Of a stretch of DNA of 64,000 bases, positions 9,669 through 19,900 are shown piece by piece. The stretch is from positions 881-64,880 of the forward strand of contig DATJZF010000030.1 in the NCBI GenBank assembly GCA_035499255.1, written 5' to 3'. Made by a program: the position numbers and the translations under genes. Below the pieces are notes generated by a model. The model had not been told where the DNA came from. It saw only the letters and a list, made by a program, of their open reading frames with translations, and ran no database searches. Source of the DNA: Dongiaceae bacterium. Lineage in GTDB: Bacteria > Acidobacteriota > Terriglobia > Acidiferrales > UBA7541. The first letter of the stretch is position 1. Each line of letters begins with the position of its first letter.

Positions 9669-11618
9669 ATGAGTAAGATCATTGGGATCGACCTCGGAAC
9701 CACGAACTCGGTTGTGGCCGTCATGCAAGGCGGCGAACCGGTCGTGATCCCGAACCAGGAAGGGCAACGCACCACCCCTTCTGTCGTCGCTATCACTAAG
9801 AGCGGCGAGCGGTTGGTCGGCCAAGTGGCCAAGCGCCAGGCAGTGACCAACCCGGAGAACACGGTGTATTCGATCAAACGTTTCATGGGCCGGCGCTATG
9901 ACGAAGTTGGTGAGGAAACGAAGCGCGTGCCCTATAAGGTTGTGAAAGGCAATCATGACGACGCGCGCGTGGAAATCGCCGGTAAGGTGTATAGCCCGCC
10001 AGAAATTTCCGCGATGATCCTGACGAAGTTGAAGAACGCGGCGGAGGACTTCCTCGGCGAAAAAGTAACCAAGGCAGTCATTACCGTGCCCGCGTACTTC
10101 AATGACGCGCAACGGCAAGCCACCAAGCAAGCCGGCGAGATAGCGGGGCTGGAAGTGCAGCGCATCATTAACGAGCCCACGGCGGCTGCGTTGGCTTACG
10201 GCTTGGAAAAGAAGAGCGACGAGACCATCGCCGTGTACGACCTCGGCGGCGGCACGTTCGATATTTCGGTGCTGGAAGTCGGCAGTGGCGTCGTTGAAGT
10301 GAAATCCACGAACGGCGACACCCACCTGGGTGGCGACGACATCGACCAGCGCATCGTGGATTGGTTGATCGACGAGTTCAAGAAAGAGCATGGCATCGAC
10401 CTTGGTAAAGACAAGATGGCATTGCAGCGCCTGAAGGAAGCCGCGGAAAAGGCCAAGATTGAGCTGTCGCAAATGATGGAGACGGAAATCAACCTGCCGT
10501 TCATCACCGCGGGAGCCAGCGGGCCGATTCACATGCAACAGAAACTGACGCGCATGCGGCTCGAACAGTTGATGAGCGATTTGCTGGACCGCTCCATGCG
10601 CCCGGTGAAGCAGGCACTCGAAGATGCGAAGCTTTCGCCGAGCGACATCAAGGAAGTCGTGTTGGTCGGCGGTTCGACGCGCATTCCCAAGGTGCAGAGC
10701 CTGGTCAGCCAGTTCTTCGGCGGCAAGGAATTGCACAAGGGCGTGAACCCGGATGAAGTCGTGGCGGTAGGCGCGGCGATTCAAGGCGCGGTGCTGGCGG
10801 GCGAAGTGAAAGACATTCTCCTGCTCGACGTGACTCCGCTGTCGCTGGGCGTGGAAACGCTGGGCGGCGTAATGACCGTGCAGATCCCGCGCAACACCAC
10901 GATTCCGACGCGCAAGGTGGAGACCTATTCGACGGCTTCGGACAACCAGCCGGGCGTGGAAATCCACGTTCTGCAAGGCGAGCGCAAGTTCGCGAAGGAC
11001 AATCGCTCGCTCGGTACCTTTAAGCTCGACGGCATTCCACCAGCGCCGCGAGGTATTCCGCAAATTGAGGTGACCTTTGACATCGACGCGAACGGCATTT
11101 TGAACGTGAGCGCGAAAGACAAAGCCACCAACAAGGAGCAGAAGATCACCATCACCGCTTCGACCGGTCTGACCAAGGACGAAGCGGAGAAAATGCGCAC
11201 GGAAGCCGAATCGCATGCCGAAGAGGACCGTCGGCGCATGGAAGAGGTGGAAGCGCGCAACCGGTTGGATGGCATCGTGTATCAAGCGGAGAAGACTATC
11301 CGCGAAAATCGCGACAAGCTGTCTGAGGGCGATGTGAAGTCGGCCGAAGAGGCGCTGCAGGATGCCAAGAACGCCATAAACGAAGGCGGCTCGGCACGGC
11401 TGCGCTCAGCGACGGAAAACGTCGAGAAGGCGCTGCACAAGATGGCGGAAGAGCTGTACAAAAAACAGCAAGCTGCAGGCGGCGAACAGGCCGGAGCAGC
11501 TGGTGCGGGTGCGTCTCCTGGTTCTTCCGGCAGCGGACAAGGACAGGGCGGACACAAGCCCGGCGATGTGATTGACGCTGAGTACGTGGACGTGGACGAC
11601 AACAAGAAACCGAACTAA
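9669..11618 (+). CDS. dnaK: Chaperone DnaK (Hsp70)
   Basis: [30 protein letters not shown] and C-terminal VIDAEY; start at ATG 9669 with AGGAAGG RBS. Confidence 0.99.
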   Translation: MSKIIGIDLGTTNSVVAVMQGGEPVVIPNQEGQRTTPSVVAITKSGERLVGQVAKRQAVTNPENTVYSIKRFMGRRYDEVGEETKRVPYKVVKGNHDDARVEIAGKVYSPPEISAMILTKLKNAAEDFLGEKVTKAVITVPAYFNDAQRQATKQAGEIAGLEVQRIINEPTAAALAYGLEKKSDETIAVYDLGGGTFDISVLEVGSGVVEVKSTNGDTHLGGDDIDQRIVDWLIDEFKKEHGIDLGKDKMALQRLKEAAEKAKIELSQMMETEINLPFITAGASGPIHMQQKLTRMRLEQLMSDLLDRSMRPVKQALEDAKLSPSDIKEVVLVGGSTRIPKVQSLVSQFFGGKELHKGVNPDEVVAVGAAIQGAVLAGEVKDILLLDVTPLSLGVETLGGVMTVQIPRNTTIPTRKVETYSTASDNQPGVEIHVLQGERKFAKDNRSLGTFKLDGIPPAPRGIPQIEVTFDIDANGILNVSAKDKATNKEQKITITASTGLTKDEAEKMRTEAESHAEEDRRRMEEVEARNRLDGIVYQAEKTIRENRDKLSEGDVKSAEEALQDAKNAINEGGSARLRSATENVEKALHKMAEELYKKQQAAGGEQAGAAGAGASPGSSGSGQGQGGHKPGDVIDAEYVDVDDNKKPN

Positions 11619-11716
11619 TCGGCAACAATCATATGTGAGAACGGTTGGGGGTCCGGGCATTGCGCTTCAGGACCCCCAATGCACGAACGGCTTAGAAAGA
11701 GTCAGCAAAGGCCATC

Positions 11717-12880
11717 ATGCCGACGAATCCAAAACACGATTATTACGAGACCCTCGGCGTATCGCGGAAAGCGACGGCGAAAGACATTCGCACCGCGTTT
11801 CGAAAGCTCGCGCGCAAGTATCACCCCGATTTGAATCCTGGCGACAAAGCCGCTGAAGAAAAATTCAAGCAACTGCAGGAAGCCTACGACGTTCTGTCCG
11901 ATTCGAAGAAGCGGCAGATGTATGACCAGTATGGCTTCTACAGCGAGAACGTGCCCACCGGCGATTACGGACCGCACCCGGAAGAAGGTGGCCAGAACGT
12001 CAACTTCGACTTCGGCGGATTTGATTTCGGTGGCGGAGCGACAGGGGGAGGCGGCACTGGATCGTCGTTCCGCGATTTATTCGGACAATTCTTTGGTGGC
12101 CGCGGGCGAACTGCCGCAATGGAGCAGGAGGAAGAGCCCGGCGGCGACCTGGAATACCAGATCGAGATCGACTTTTGGGATGCGGTGCGTGGGGCGGTGA
12201 AGAAGCTGCAAGTGACGCGGCTGGATTCCTGCGAGAATTGCCACGGCACCGGAGCGGTCGGAACGCCACAAACGTGTCCGACCTGCAATGGCACGGGCTC
12301 GATTCAGCAGACAGCCGGAAAAATGCGGTTCAATGTGCCGTGTACGCGTTGCGGTGGCACAGGAAAGCTGCGGACACCCTGCCCCGTGTGCGGTGGCGAA
12401 GGTCGCGTCCGCAAAACGGAAACGATCGACGTACGCATCCCGGCGGGAGTGGACAACAGCGGCCGCGTGCGAGTTCCGGGCAAAGGTAATGCGGGAACCA
12501 TGGGCGCTCCGGCTGGTGATTTGTATCTGCGTGTTGTCGTTCGGCCGCATGCGTTCTTCGAACGGCGGGGCAATGATTTGTACACAAAGGTGCCGATAAC
12601 GGTGCCGGAAGCATCGCTGGGCGCGAAGATTGAAGTGCCGACAATCGATGGACGGTCGTTGGTGCGAATTCCTCCGGGCACGAGCAGCGGGAAGAACCTG
12701 CGCCTGAAAGAAAAAGGCGTGCCAAGCGTGCGAAAGGGTGCGCGCGGCGACCAGTACGTCGAAATAGAAGTGATTGTGCCAGAGCCGACCGACGAACGTG
12801 TGCGCAATCTGATGAAGGAACTGGAAGAGGTTGCGCCGGCTGATCCGCGCAAAGATCTTTTTGCAAAGGCGGGAGTGTAA
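11717..12880 (+). CDS. dnaJ: Chaperone DnaJ
   Basis: J domain with HPD, G/F-rich region and four CxxCxGxG repeats. Confidence 0.97.
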   Translation: MPTNPKHDYYETLGVSRKATAKDIRTAFRKLARKYHPDLNPGDKAAEEKFKQLQEAYDVLSDSKKRQMYDQYGFYSENVPTGDYGPHPEEGGQNVNFDFGGFDFGGGATGGGGTGSSFRDLFGQFFGGRGRTAAMEQEEEPGGDLEYQIEIDFWDAVRGAVKKLQVTRLDSCENCHGTGAVGTPQTCPTCNGTGSIQQTAGKMRFNVPCTRCGGTGKLRTPCPVCGGEGRVRKTETIDVRIPAGVDNSGRVRVPGKGNAGTMGAPAGDLYLRVVVRPHAFFERRGNDLYTKVPITVPEASLGAKIEVPTIDGRSLVRIPPGTSSGKNLRLKEKGVPSVRKGARGDQYVEIEVIVPEPTDERVRNLMKELEEVAPADPRKDLFAKAGV

Positions 12881-12882
12881 CC

Positions 12883-13269
12883 ATGCCGCCGAGAACCAGA
12901 AAACGAGCAAAAGCGGGATACATGATCAGCGCGGTAGCAGAGTTGTATCAGCTGCATCCGCAGACGTTGCGTCTCTACGAGCGCGTGGGATTGCTGAAGC
13001 CGTCGCGATCGCAAGGCAACACGCGCCTTTATACCGATTCGGATCTCGAACGGCTGGAAGTGATTCTGACGCTGGCGCGCGATATGGGCGTGAACCTGGC
13101 GGGGATAGAAATTATTTTGAACATGCGCGAGAAGATGATCGAGATGGAACGGCAGATGGGCGAATTCGCGCAGGTGGTGCAACAAGAATTGTCGCGCATC
13201 GCAACACGCACGGACGAGCACAAGGTGAAGAACGCGATTGTGCGCGTGAATACACGCAATCCTCGGTAG
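12883..13269 (+). CDS. hspR: Heat-shock repressor HspR (MerR family)
   Basis: ISAVAELYQLHPQTLRLYER...GVNLAGI; follows dnaK-dnaJ; HAIR site upstream of the operon. Confidence 0.9.
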   Translation: MPPRTRKRAKAGYMISAVAELYQLHPQTLRLYERVGLLKPSRSQGNTRLYTDSDLERLEVILTLARDMGVNLAGIEIILNMREKMIEMERQMGEFAQVVQQELSRIATRTDEHKVKNAIVRVNTRNPR

Positions 13270-13285
13270 CCAGCAAACGAAAATT

Positions 13286-13325
13286 ACAAAAAGGCTCTGC
13301 AACCGCGGAGTCTTTTTTGTTTTTG
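13286..13325 (+). terminator. Rho-independent terminator after hspR
   Basis: AAAAAGGCTCTGC-AACC-GCGGAGTCTTTTTT hairpin followed by a T tract. Confidence 0.75.
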
Positions 13326-13497
13326 TACACAGATTTCCGCAGCACAGGTCATTGTGGGGACTCACGAGCGGTCGTATGATGACGAGTGAGCGGCGAGGAC
13401 GATCTTGCAGGCGGGAGCAGAGCTCCCGCTGATCGATTCTCGTGCAGAATCGTGTTACGCGAAAGCGACAGCACAGCTCTCGAACTCCAAAGGGATT

Positions 13498-14298
13498 ATG
13501 GCCAGGGAAGATTGTCCGCAGTGCCGGGGAACCGGCTGGAAAATGATTGCCCGGGAGGACGGAACGCCCGGCAAAATGGCGGTCGCGTGCGAATGCGGCA
13601 TGGAAGAGCGCGCGGAAAAGGTGATGGATCGGGCGCGCATTCCGAAACGCTATGAGCACTGCGACTTCGAGAGCTATGCGACGGATTTGGCCGACGGAAG
13701 AATCTGGATGACGCAGCACGAGCAATCGCTGAAGCAAGGGAAATTGCTGGCGCAGGGATTCGTGCGCGATTATCCGGCCACCGAAAAGGGATTGCTGCTT
13801 ATGGGTCCGTCGGGGGTCGGCAAGACGCATCTGGCTGTTGCAGCGCTGAAGGAATTGATCCGCCGCGGCCACTCCGGATTGTTCTGCGACTATCGCGAAC
13901 TCCTGAAGGAAATCCAGGCCAGCTACAATCCGGCGAGCGAATCGACAGAGATGCGGATTCTGGAGCCGATTCGCACGGTGGAATTGCTGGTTCTGGATGA
14001 TTTGGGGGCTAGCAAGCCGTCCGCGTGGGTGTTGGACATTATCGGGCTTGTGCTCAATGCGCGTTACAACGAAAAGCGCATGACCATTCTAACCACGAAC
14101 TACTCCGACGAATCCGAAACGCCGGCACCTGCCCCGAAATTGCCCGAAGGCAGGCGCGTCGTGGTGAAAGAGGATTCGCTGGCAGATCGCATCGGCGCGC
14201 GCATGCGTTCACGCCTATTCGAGATGTGCCGCACTGTCGAAGTGAACGCACCAGACTTCCGCCGCGAAGCTCGTCAAGCCGGCCGCGCAAGAGCATAA
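13498..14298 (+). CDS. DnaC/IstB-like AAA+ ATPase with N-terminal zinc motif
   Basis: CPQC...CEC, Walker A GPSGVGKT, Walker B LVLDDLG, TTN and RMRSRL; start at ATG 13498. Confidence 0.88.
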   Translation: MAREDCPQCRGTGWKMIAREDGTPGKMAVACECGMEERAEKVMDRARIPKRYEHCDFESYATDLADGRIWMTQHEQSLKQGKLLAQGFVRDYPATEKGLLLMGPSGVGKTHLAVAALKELIRRGHSGLFCDYRELLKEIQASYNPASESTEMRILEPIRTVELLVLDDLGASKPSAWVLDIIGLVLNARYNEKRMTILTTNYSDESETPAPAPKLPEGRRVVVKEDSLADRIGARMRSRLFEMCRTVEVNAPDFRREARQAGRARA

Positions 14299-14361
14299 TT
14301 TCGACGACTGAATCTCGCACTTAAATTGCGGATCGGTCAACGAATTGCGATTTTCGATTGA

Positions 14362-14391
14362 TTGACACAGCTGCGACCCGCCGGGTATCCT
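14362..14391 (+). promoter_or_regulatory. Probable sigma70 promoter of rpsA
   Basis: TTGACA (14362-14367), 18 nt spacer, TATCCT (14386-14391). Confidence 0.55.
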
Positions 14392-14580
14392 TTCCACAGT
14401 GTTGTGGGTGGGGCGCGACCCGCAGTCGACGCCGCATCCAACTGTATGAGACCGAGTTACTGCGAAGCAGTTCAGCATTGACCTGCCCCGTTGTAACCCT
14501 CCTTGCTTTACCCCAGTAGGGATTCCGCAAGGATTGACACGACCAAACACAGGGATACAAGTCCCGGAGGCGACGTAACC

Positions 14581-16530
14581 ATGACTTCATTCGACAACGA
14601 AAACCCCATATCATCTACCGCCGCAGCACCCGCACCTGAAGCAGAGACTCCGAACAAGCCGGAAGAAGTGAACGCGGCGGAAGCGCACGCTGGCGACAGC
14701 CCTGCTCCCGCACCTGCACAGGCAGCGAAGCCGGTTCATGCGGAAGATGCGCATGCAGCGGCGGAAGCTAATGCGAAGACTGCAACCGCGGACGCGGAAG
14801 CTGCCGCAGCGGCGGAAGAAGCGGCTGGCGCGGAAGAGATGAGCAAGCTCATCGAGCAATACGGCGAGCCGCAGGAAGCCGCGGCACAAAACGAAATTAT
14901 CGAAGTCAAAGTCGTCGCCTACACGGAACAAGGCGTGGTGGTAGACCTCGGCGGCAAGACCGAGGGCCTGATTCCAGCCTCGGAATTCACGGAGACGGAA
15001 ATTCCGCGTCCCGATCCCAATGCCACCATCGAAGTGCAGCGCACCGGCGAACGCAAAGACAGCTTCGTGATCGTCTCGTACCAGAAGGTGCTGCGCCGCC
15101 GCACGTGGGAAAAAATTGAAGCGCAGTACAAGGCAAAGGAGACTATCTCCGCCAAGGTTGTGGACCGCATCAAGGGCGGCCTGGTGGTGGATATCGGCGT
15201 CCGCGCGTTCCTGCCCGGTTCGCAATACGACCTCCGGCCGACGGCGAATCTTGATGGCTTGATGGGCGAGACCGTTCAGGTGCGCATCACCAAGCTGAAT
15301 CGCCGGCGCGGCAACGTAGTGGTGAGCCGCCGCGCGCTGCTTGAAGAGGAGCTGCACGCGAAGCGCGCCGAGTTGATGGAGAAGTTGGCGGAAGGCCAAA
15401 CAGTGCATGGCACCGTAAAGAACGTGACCGACTACGGAGCATTCGTGGACATCGGCGGTGTCGATGGCCTGCTGCATCTCACCGACTTGACCTGGGGCCG
15501 CGTGCGCCATCCCAGCGACGTGGTGAAGCCTGAGCAGGAAGTCGATGTGATCATTCTGAAGTTCGACAAGGATAAGCAGCGCGTCTCGCTTGGCCTGAAG
15601 CAGCTGACCAAGGACCCGTGGGTCGACGCGGCGGAGCGCTATCCCGCAGGCGGCAAGTATAAGGGCAAGGTTGCCGGCGTCGTGGACTACGGTGCTTTCG
15701 TGGAGCTCGAGCCCGGGATTGAAGGCCTGGTCCACGTTACGGAAATGAGCTGGAACAAGAAGCCCACCCATCCTTCGAAGGTTGTGAAGGCCGGCGATGA
15801 AGTGGATGTAGTGGTGCTCGACATCAAGCCGAGCGACCGGCGCGTTTCGCTGGGCATCAAGCAGGCTCAGCCGGATCCCTGGCTGCTGGTGGCGGAAAAG
15901 TATCCGGTGGGAACCGTTGTCACTGGCAAGGTCCGCAACATCGCCGAATTTGGTGCCTTCGTGGAAATTGAGGATGGCTTTGACGGGCTCGTGCATGTCG
16001 GCGACGTAAGCTGGACGGGCCGCGTGAAGAATCCACACGAAGTCTTCAAGAAGGGCGAACCCATTACCGCGAAAGTGCTGCGCATCGATCCGGAAAATCG
16101 CCGCGTGTCGTTGGGCATGAAGCAGGTCAACGACATCTGGGGCGACTGGTTCAAGTCGCATAAGGTCGGCGACATTGTGCGTGGCAAGGTTTCGCGCATC
16201 GCCACCTTCGGCGCGTTCGTGGAATTGGGAGAGAACATTGAAGGTCTTTGCCACAACACGGAGATCGAGGAACGCCGCCGGCGCGATGAAGGAGCGTCGA
16301 GCTTCCGCCCGACCACGGGGCCGCTGAAGAGCGCAGGCCCATTGGAGCCGGGCAAGGAATACGACTTCAAGATCATCAAGATCAGCTCGGATACTCGACG
16401 GATCGGTCTCAGCTATCGCGCAGCGGTTCGCCAGCAGGAGCGCAAGGAAATTGAGCAGTACAAATCCTCGCGGTCTTCGGCGACGGCGACGATCGGCGAC
16501 GCCATGAAACAGAAGCTGGCGTCCCGCTAA
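14581..16530 (+). CDS. rpsA: 30S ribosomal protein S1
   Basis: Repeated S1 domains (YGAFVDIGGVDGLLH, etc.); start at ATG 14581 behind GGAGG. Confidence 0.97.
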   Translation: MTSFDNENPISSTAAAPAPEAETPNKPEEVNAAEAHAGDSPAPAPAQAAKPVHAEDAHAAAEANAKTATADAEAAAAAEEAAGAEEMSKLIEQYGEPQEAAAQNEIIEVKVVAYTEQGVVVDLGGKTEGLIPASEFTETEIPRPDPNATIEVQRTGERKDSFVIVSYQKVLRRRTWEKIEAQYKAKETISAKVVDRIKGGLVVDIGVRAFLPGSQYDLRPTANLDGLMGETVQVRITKLNRRRGNVVVSRRALLEEELHAKRAELMEKLAEGQTVHGTVKNVTDYGAFVDIGGVDGLLHLTDLTWGRVRHPSDVVKPEQEVDVIILKFDKDKQRVSLGLKQLTKDPWVDAAERYPAGGKYKGKVAGVVDYGAFVELEPGIEGLVHVTEMSWNKKPTHPSKVVKAGDEVDVVVLDIKPSDRRVSLGIKQAQPDPWLLVAEKYPVGTVVTGKVRNIAEFGAFVEIEDGFDGLVHVGDVSWTGRVKNPHEVFKKGEPITAKVLRIDPENRRVSLGMKQVNDIWGDWFKSHKVGDIVRGKVSRIATFGAFVELGENIEGLCHNTEIEERRRRDEGASSFRPTTGPLKSAGPLEPGKEYDFKIIKISSDTRRIGLSYRAAVRQQERKEIEQYKSSRSSATATIGDAMKQKLASR

Positions 16531-16709
16531 CCGTTTCGACGAAGGCCACCGGGTTCACCGCCCAGGGGTAGACGCAGGAAAATCATTTACCTGCGGGTCA
16601 ATTTAATGATAGGAAGGGGGGCAAGCTTTCTAGCGATGCCCCCGCTAAGTCGCCTTGCGCCTGAGAGTTGTGGGAGGCGTAGGCTCACCAGTGAAGAGGC
16701 TAGGAACAA

Positions 16710-17051
16710 ATGACAAAGCAACCCACTTTAACGAAGGCTGATTTGATTGAGGAAGTGCTGCGGATAACAGAACTGCCCCGCAAGGAATCGGAATCGATTG
16801 TCGAAACCATCTTCGAGAGCATCATCGATGCCTTGCAGAAGGGCGACAAGATTGAGATTCGCGGATTCGGCAGCTTTCGCACGCGCCAGCGCCGCGGTCG
16901 CATCGGGCGCAACCCTAAGACGGGCGAAAAAGTGGAAGTACCGGCAAAAAAGATCCCGTTTTTCAAGCCCAGCAAGGAACTGAAGGATTTCGTGAATGGG
17001 CCTGAGGCAACGCCTGCCGCGCCGGCTCAAGGCGAAGCACCGCACGCGTGA
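16710..17051 (+). CDS. ihfB: Integration host factor beta / HU family DNA-binding protein
   Basis: TKADLI, IEIRGFGSF and GRNPKTGE motifs; directly after rpsA. Confidence 0.85.
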   Translation: MTKQPTLTKADLIEEVLRITELPRKESESIVETIFESIIDALQKGDKIEIRGFGSFRTRQRRGRIGRNPKTGEKVEVPAKKIPFFKPSKELKDFVNGPEATPAAPAQGEAPHA

Positions 17052-17083
17052 TCGTTGGTGAACGTTCGGATGTAGAGCGAGTG

Positions 17084-17114
17084 AGCGCCCCGAGCAATCG
17101 GGGCGTTGTTGTCT
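17084..17114 (+). terminator. Hairpin terminator after ihfB
   Basis: AGCGCCCCGA-GCAA-TCGGGGCGTT followed by a T-rich tail. Confidence 0.65.
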
Positions 17115-17120
17115 TCAGAA

Positions 17121-17201
17121 GATATCAGTAATTAGATATCGGATATCAGACAAAGCCGAATGGCTGCGGCCCCTGATATCTGATCGCTGATGTCTGATAT
17201 C
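17121..17201. repeat. Imperfect palindrome made of 7-bp tandem repeats
   Basis: Left arm ATATCAG TAATTAG ATATCGG ATATCAG; right arm CTGATAT CTGATCG CTGATGT CTGATAT. Confidence 0.7.
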
Positions 17202-17272
17202 CGCACCTCAGCCAGAGCGCATCGGGCTACAATAGGTTCATCTCCGCTCCACCGCGCGAGGACAACACCCAA

Positions 17273-17776
17273 ATGGACTATCTCTGGACGCCGTGGCGTT
17301 ACCAGTACATGGATCAGGTGACATCCGGCAAGCAGCCCGAGTGCTTTTTCTGCGACGCACTTGCGTCAAACCGAGATGAAGAAACGTTGCTGGTCTACCG
17401 CGGCAAGCAGGCATTCGTTATCCTAAACAGGTATCCCTACACCTCGGGGCACGTCATGATCGTGCCGTTCGCCCACGTGGCGGAACTGAATCTCTGCGAA
17501 CCTCAGGCGCTAGAGGAAATCATAAGCCTGGCGCAGCGTGTCGAGGCCATCTTCCGCACAGAATACAAACCAGACGGAATGAACTTGGGCATGAATTTGG
17601 GTAAGGCGGCAGGCGCGGGTGTGGCCGGCCACCTGCACCTGCACATGCTACCACGCTGGTTCGGCGACTCGAATTTCATGACCGTCACAGGCGAGACGCG
17701 GGTCCACCCGGAAGATCTGGCCACGACGTACCAGCGCTTGAGGAACGGCCTCAATTCTGCAGGAGGCTCTCGATGA
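17273..17776 (+). CDS. HIT family nucleotide hydrolase (Ap4A phosphorylase-like)
   Basis: LWTPWR, CFFC, LNRYPY.SGH and HLHLH motifs. Confidence 0.92.
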   Translation: MDYLWTPWRYQYMDQVTSGKQPECFFCDALASNRDEETLLVYRGKQAFVILNRYPYTSGHVMIVPFAHVAELNLCEPQALEEIISLAQRVEAIFRTEYKPDGMNLGMNLGKAAGAGVAGHLHLHMLPRWFGDSNFMTVTGETRVHPEDLATTYQRLRNGLNSAGGSR

Positions 17777-18930
17777 ATCTGCAATTGACAGAAGAACAGC
17801 AGATGCTGCAGCAAAGTGTGCGGGAATTTGCCGAGAACGAAGTGCGGCCGTTGGCGAAGGAGAACGATGAGACGGGACACTTTCCGCGGGAACTGTTTCG
17901 TAAGGCGGCAGAGTTGGGACTCACCGGGGTAGCGTTCCCCGAAGAGGAAGGCGGAGCGGGGTTCGATCACATCGCCTACTCCATCGTTATCGAGGAAATT
18001 TCACGCTGTTGTGCTTCAACAGGTGTGATCCTGAGCGTCCAGAACTCGCTCTATTGCGACCCGATCCACCGGTACGGCACGGACGAACAAAGGAAGAAGT
18101 TTCTCCTGCCATTTACTCGCGGGGAAAAGATCGGTTGCTATGCGCTCACCGAGCCGCAGGCCGGTTCGAATGCCGCCGCGCTGCAAACGAAGGCCGTGCG
18201 GAAGGGCGAGTCATACGTCGTCAATGGAACGAAGGCCTGGATCACGAATGGCGGTGTGGCTGACGCGGCGATCGTCTATGTGAACACGGAACCGGAGAAG
18301 GGTGAAAAAGGGATTACAGCGCTGGTGGTGGAGAAAGGGATCCCGGGGTTTCGAGTTGGTAAAGAAGAAAAGAAGCTCGGGATCCATGCCACGGCGTGCT
18401 GTGAATTGGTCTTTTCGGACTGCGTAGTGCCGGCGGCGAATCGCATAGGCAACGAAGGAGAAGGCTACAAGGTAGCGCTCTCGACGCTGGATGGGGGCCG
18501 AATCGGCATTGCCGCGCAGGCCACTGGCATCGCCCAGGGCGCGTTTGAGGCGGCGCTGAAGTACGCGCAGGAACGCATGGCATTTGGGCACCCCATATCG
18601 CAGTTTCAGGCCATCCAGTTCATGCTGGCGGACATAGCCACGGAAATCGACGCTGCGCGGCTGCTGGTGCGCAAAGCGGCCTGGAAACAGGACTCGGGTG
18701 CGCGGTTCAGCCTGGAAGCATCTACAGCCAAGCTCTTCGCCAGCGAGATGGCTTCCCGAGTGACTCACAAGGCCATCCAGATCCATGGAGGTTATGGCTA
18801 CAGCCAGGAATATCCCGTCGAGCGGGCTTATCGAGACGCCCGGATCACAGAGATCTACGAGGGCACCAGCGAGATTCAGCGGCTGGTGATCGCGGCATGG
18901 GTGCTGAAAGGGCTCCCAGCCCCGAAATAG
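17773..18930 (+). CDS. Acyl-CoA dehydrogenase
   Basis: ALTEPQAGS, KAWITNG, QIHGGYGY and IYEGTSEIQ motifs. Confidence 0.96.
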   Translation: MNLQLTEEQQMLQQSVREFAENEVRPLAKENDETGHFPRELFRKAAELGLTGVAFPEEEGGAGFDHIAYSIVIEEISRCCASTGVILSVQNSLYCDPIHRYGTDEQRKKFLLPFTRGEKIGCYALTEPQAGSNAAALQTKAVRKGESYVVNGTKAWITNGGVADAAIVYVNTEPEKGEKGITALVVEKGIPGFRVGKEEKKLGIHATACCELVFSDCVVPAANRIGNEGEGYKVALSTLDGGRIGIAAQATGIAQGAFEAALKYAQERMAFGHPISQFQAIQFMLADIATEIDAARLLVRKAAWKQDSGARFSLEASTAKLFASEMASRVTHKAIQIHGGYGYSQEYPVERAYRDARITEIYEGTSEIQRLVIAAWVLKGLPAPK

Positions 18931-19092
18931 CAGGGGATTGCAGTACTAGACGTCCTGTGCCTAAACCGATAATCGGTTAATAAACACCCGGCCCGAGTTT
19001 CCATCCCGCGCCGCCCCTTATTGCGCTATACTGTCACTATTATCATGTAGTAAACGGAGAAAGAGTCGCGACACCGCGCGGTTCCCCACTTT

Positions 19093-19860
19093 ATGTTCGA
19101 TCTTATTCCATGGGCCGTCTCCGGCCTTGTCAGCGCAATCTACCTGCTAAGCCCGGCCCTCGTAAGGCACGGTTTCCGCTTTGCGTCGCGCTGTCAACTT
19201 CGTGCCGTTAGCCTCGAGGAAGTTCCCGAAGCGATCGCCACGGAATTTCGCCGCCGCATTTCGGAATTCAGCAACTTAGGATTTGAGCTGATTGGCTGTT
19301 TCGATTGCGGCAGCCTGGCTAGCGAAACGCGCAACTACGTGGCGTATTTTTGTAATCACACCAGCAACGAATTCGCAAATGTGACAGCAATGACGACGCC
19401 GAATGGCCCGGCATCCTATTTTGAATTCTCGTCGCGTTTTGCGGATGGGCGCTGCATCGAGACCAATACGAACGAAATTCTCCCGCTGCTGCCGGGGAAT
19501 CCTGCGATTCGGGTTTTCCGCTTGGCAGCGGCCGAACCACGGGCCTTGCTAAAGACCCATCGGCAATTGGTGGAGAAGTATGCCCCGGGATTGTGTGCCT
19601 TAGGCGAGCCGCGCGAGGTAGAGATTCAGCGCTACGTGCGGATGATCGAACACTTTGGACCGCGACTCGCCCAGACAGGACATCTGAAGTTTGACGAGAG
19701 CGCCGAGTGCTTCCGCCTGACCTGGAAAGGCGCGTTTCGCACCGCATGGTTGGGGCTGTGGCCGATGGCCCTTGTCCGGCGGGGACTTCAACGGCACAAC
19801 ATGCAGTTGGAACTGCACTCTTTGCAGACGCGGGCAGAAGCCGCGCTACAGAAGGCCTAG
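19093..19860 (+). CDS. Hypothetical protein
   Basis: 255-aa ORF with hydrophobic N-terminus; upstream TATACT at 19027-19032. Confidence 0.65.
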   Translation: MFDLIPWAVSGLVSAIYLLSPALVRHGFRFASRCQLRAVSLEEVPEAIATEFRRRISEFSNLGFELIGCFDCGSLASETRNYVAYFCNHTSNEFANVTAMTTPNGPASYFEFSSRFADGRCIETNTNEILPLLPGNPAIRVFRLAAAEPRALLKTHRQLVEKYAPGLCALGEPREVEIQRYVRMIEHFGPRLAQTGHLKFDESAECFRLTWKGAFRTAWLGLWPMALVRRGLQRHNMQLELHSLQTRAEAALQKA

Positions 19861-19900
19861 CGATTCCTTCGAAGCCTTAGCGCCGTAGTATTCTGACTGG

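Noticed and set aside
9651-11285. 544-aa antisense ORF opposite dnaK
   Set aside because: Known shadow ORF produced by codon bias on the antisense strand of hsp70 genes; no independent motifs.
13498-14298. IS21 element or prophage remnant
   Set aside because: No istA, inverted repeats or phage genes flank the ATPase.
14611-16254. 547-aa antisense ORF opposite rpsA (similarly 12304-13872, 45790-47463 and 56017-56898)
   Set aside because: They overlap well-supported genes; stop-poor antisense frames are expected in GC-rich, codon-biased sequence.
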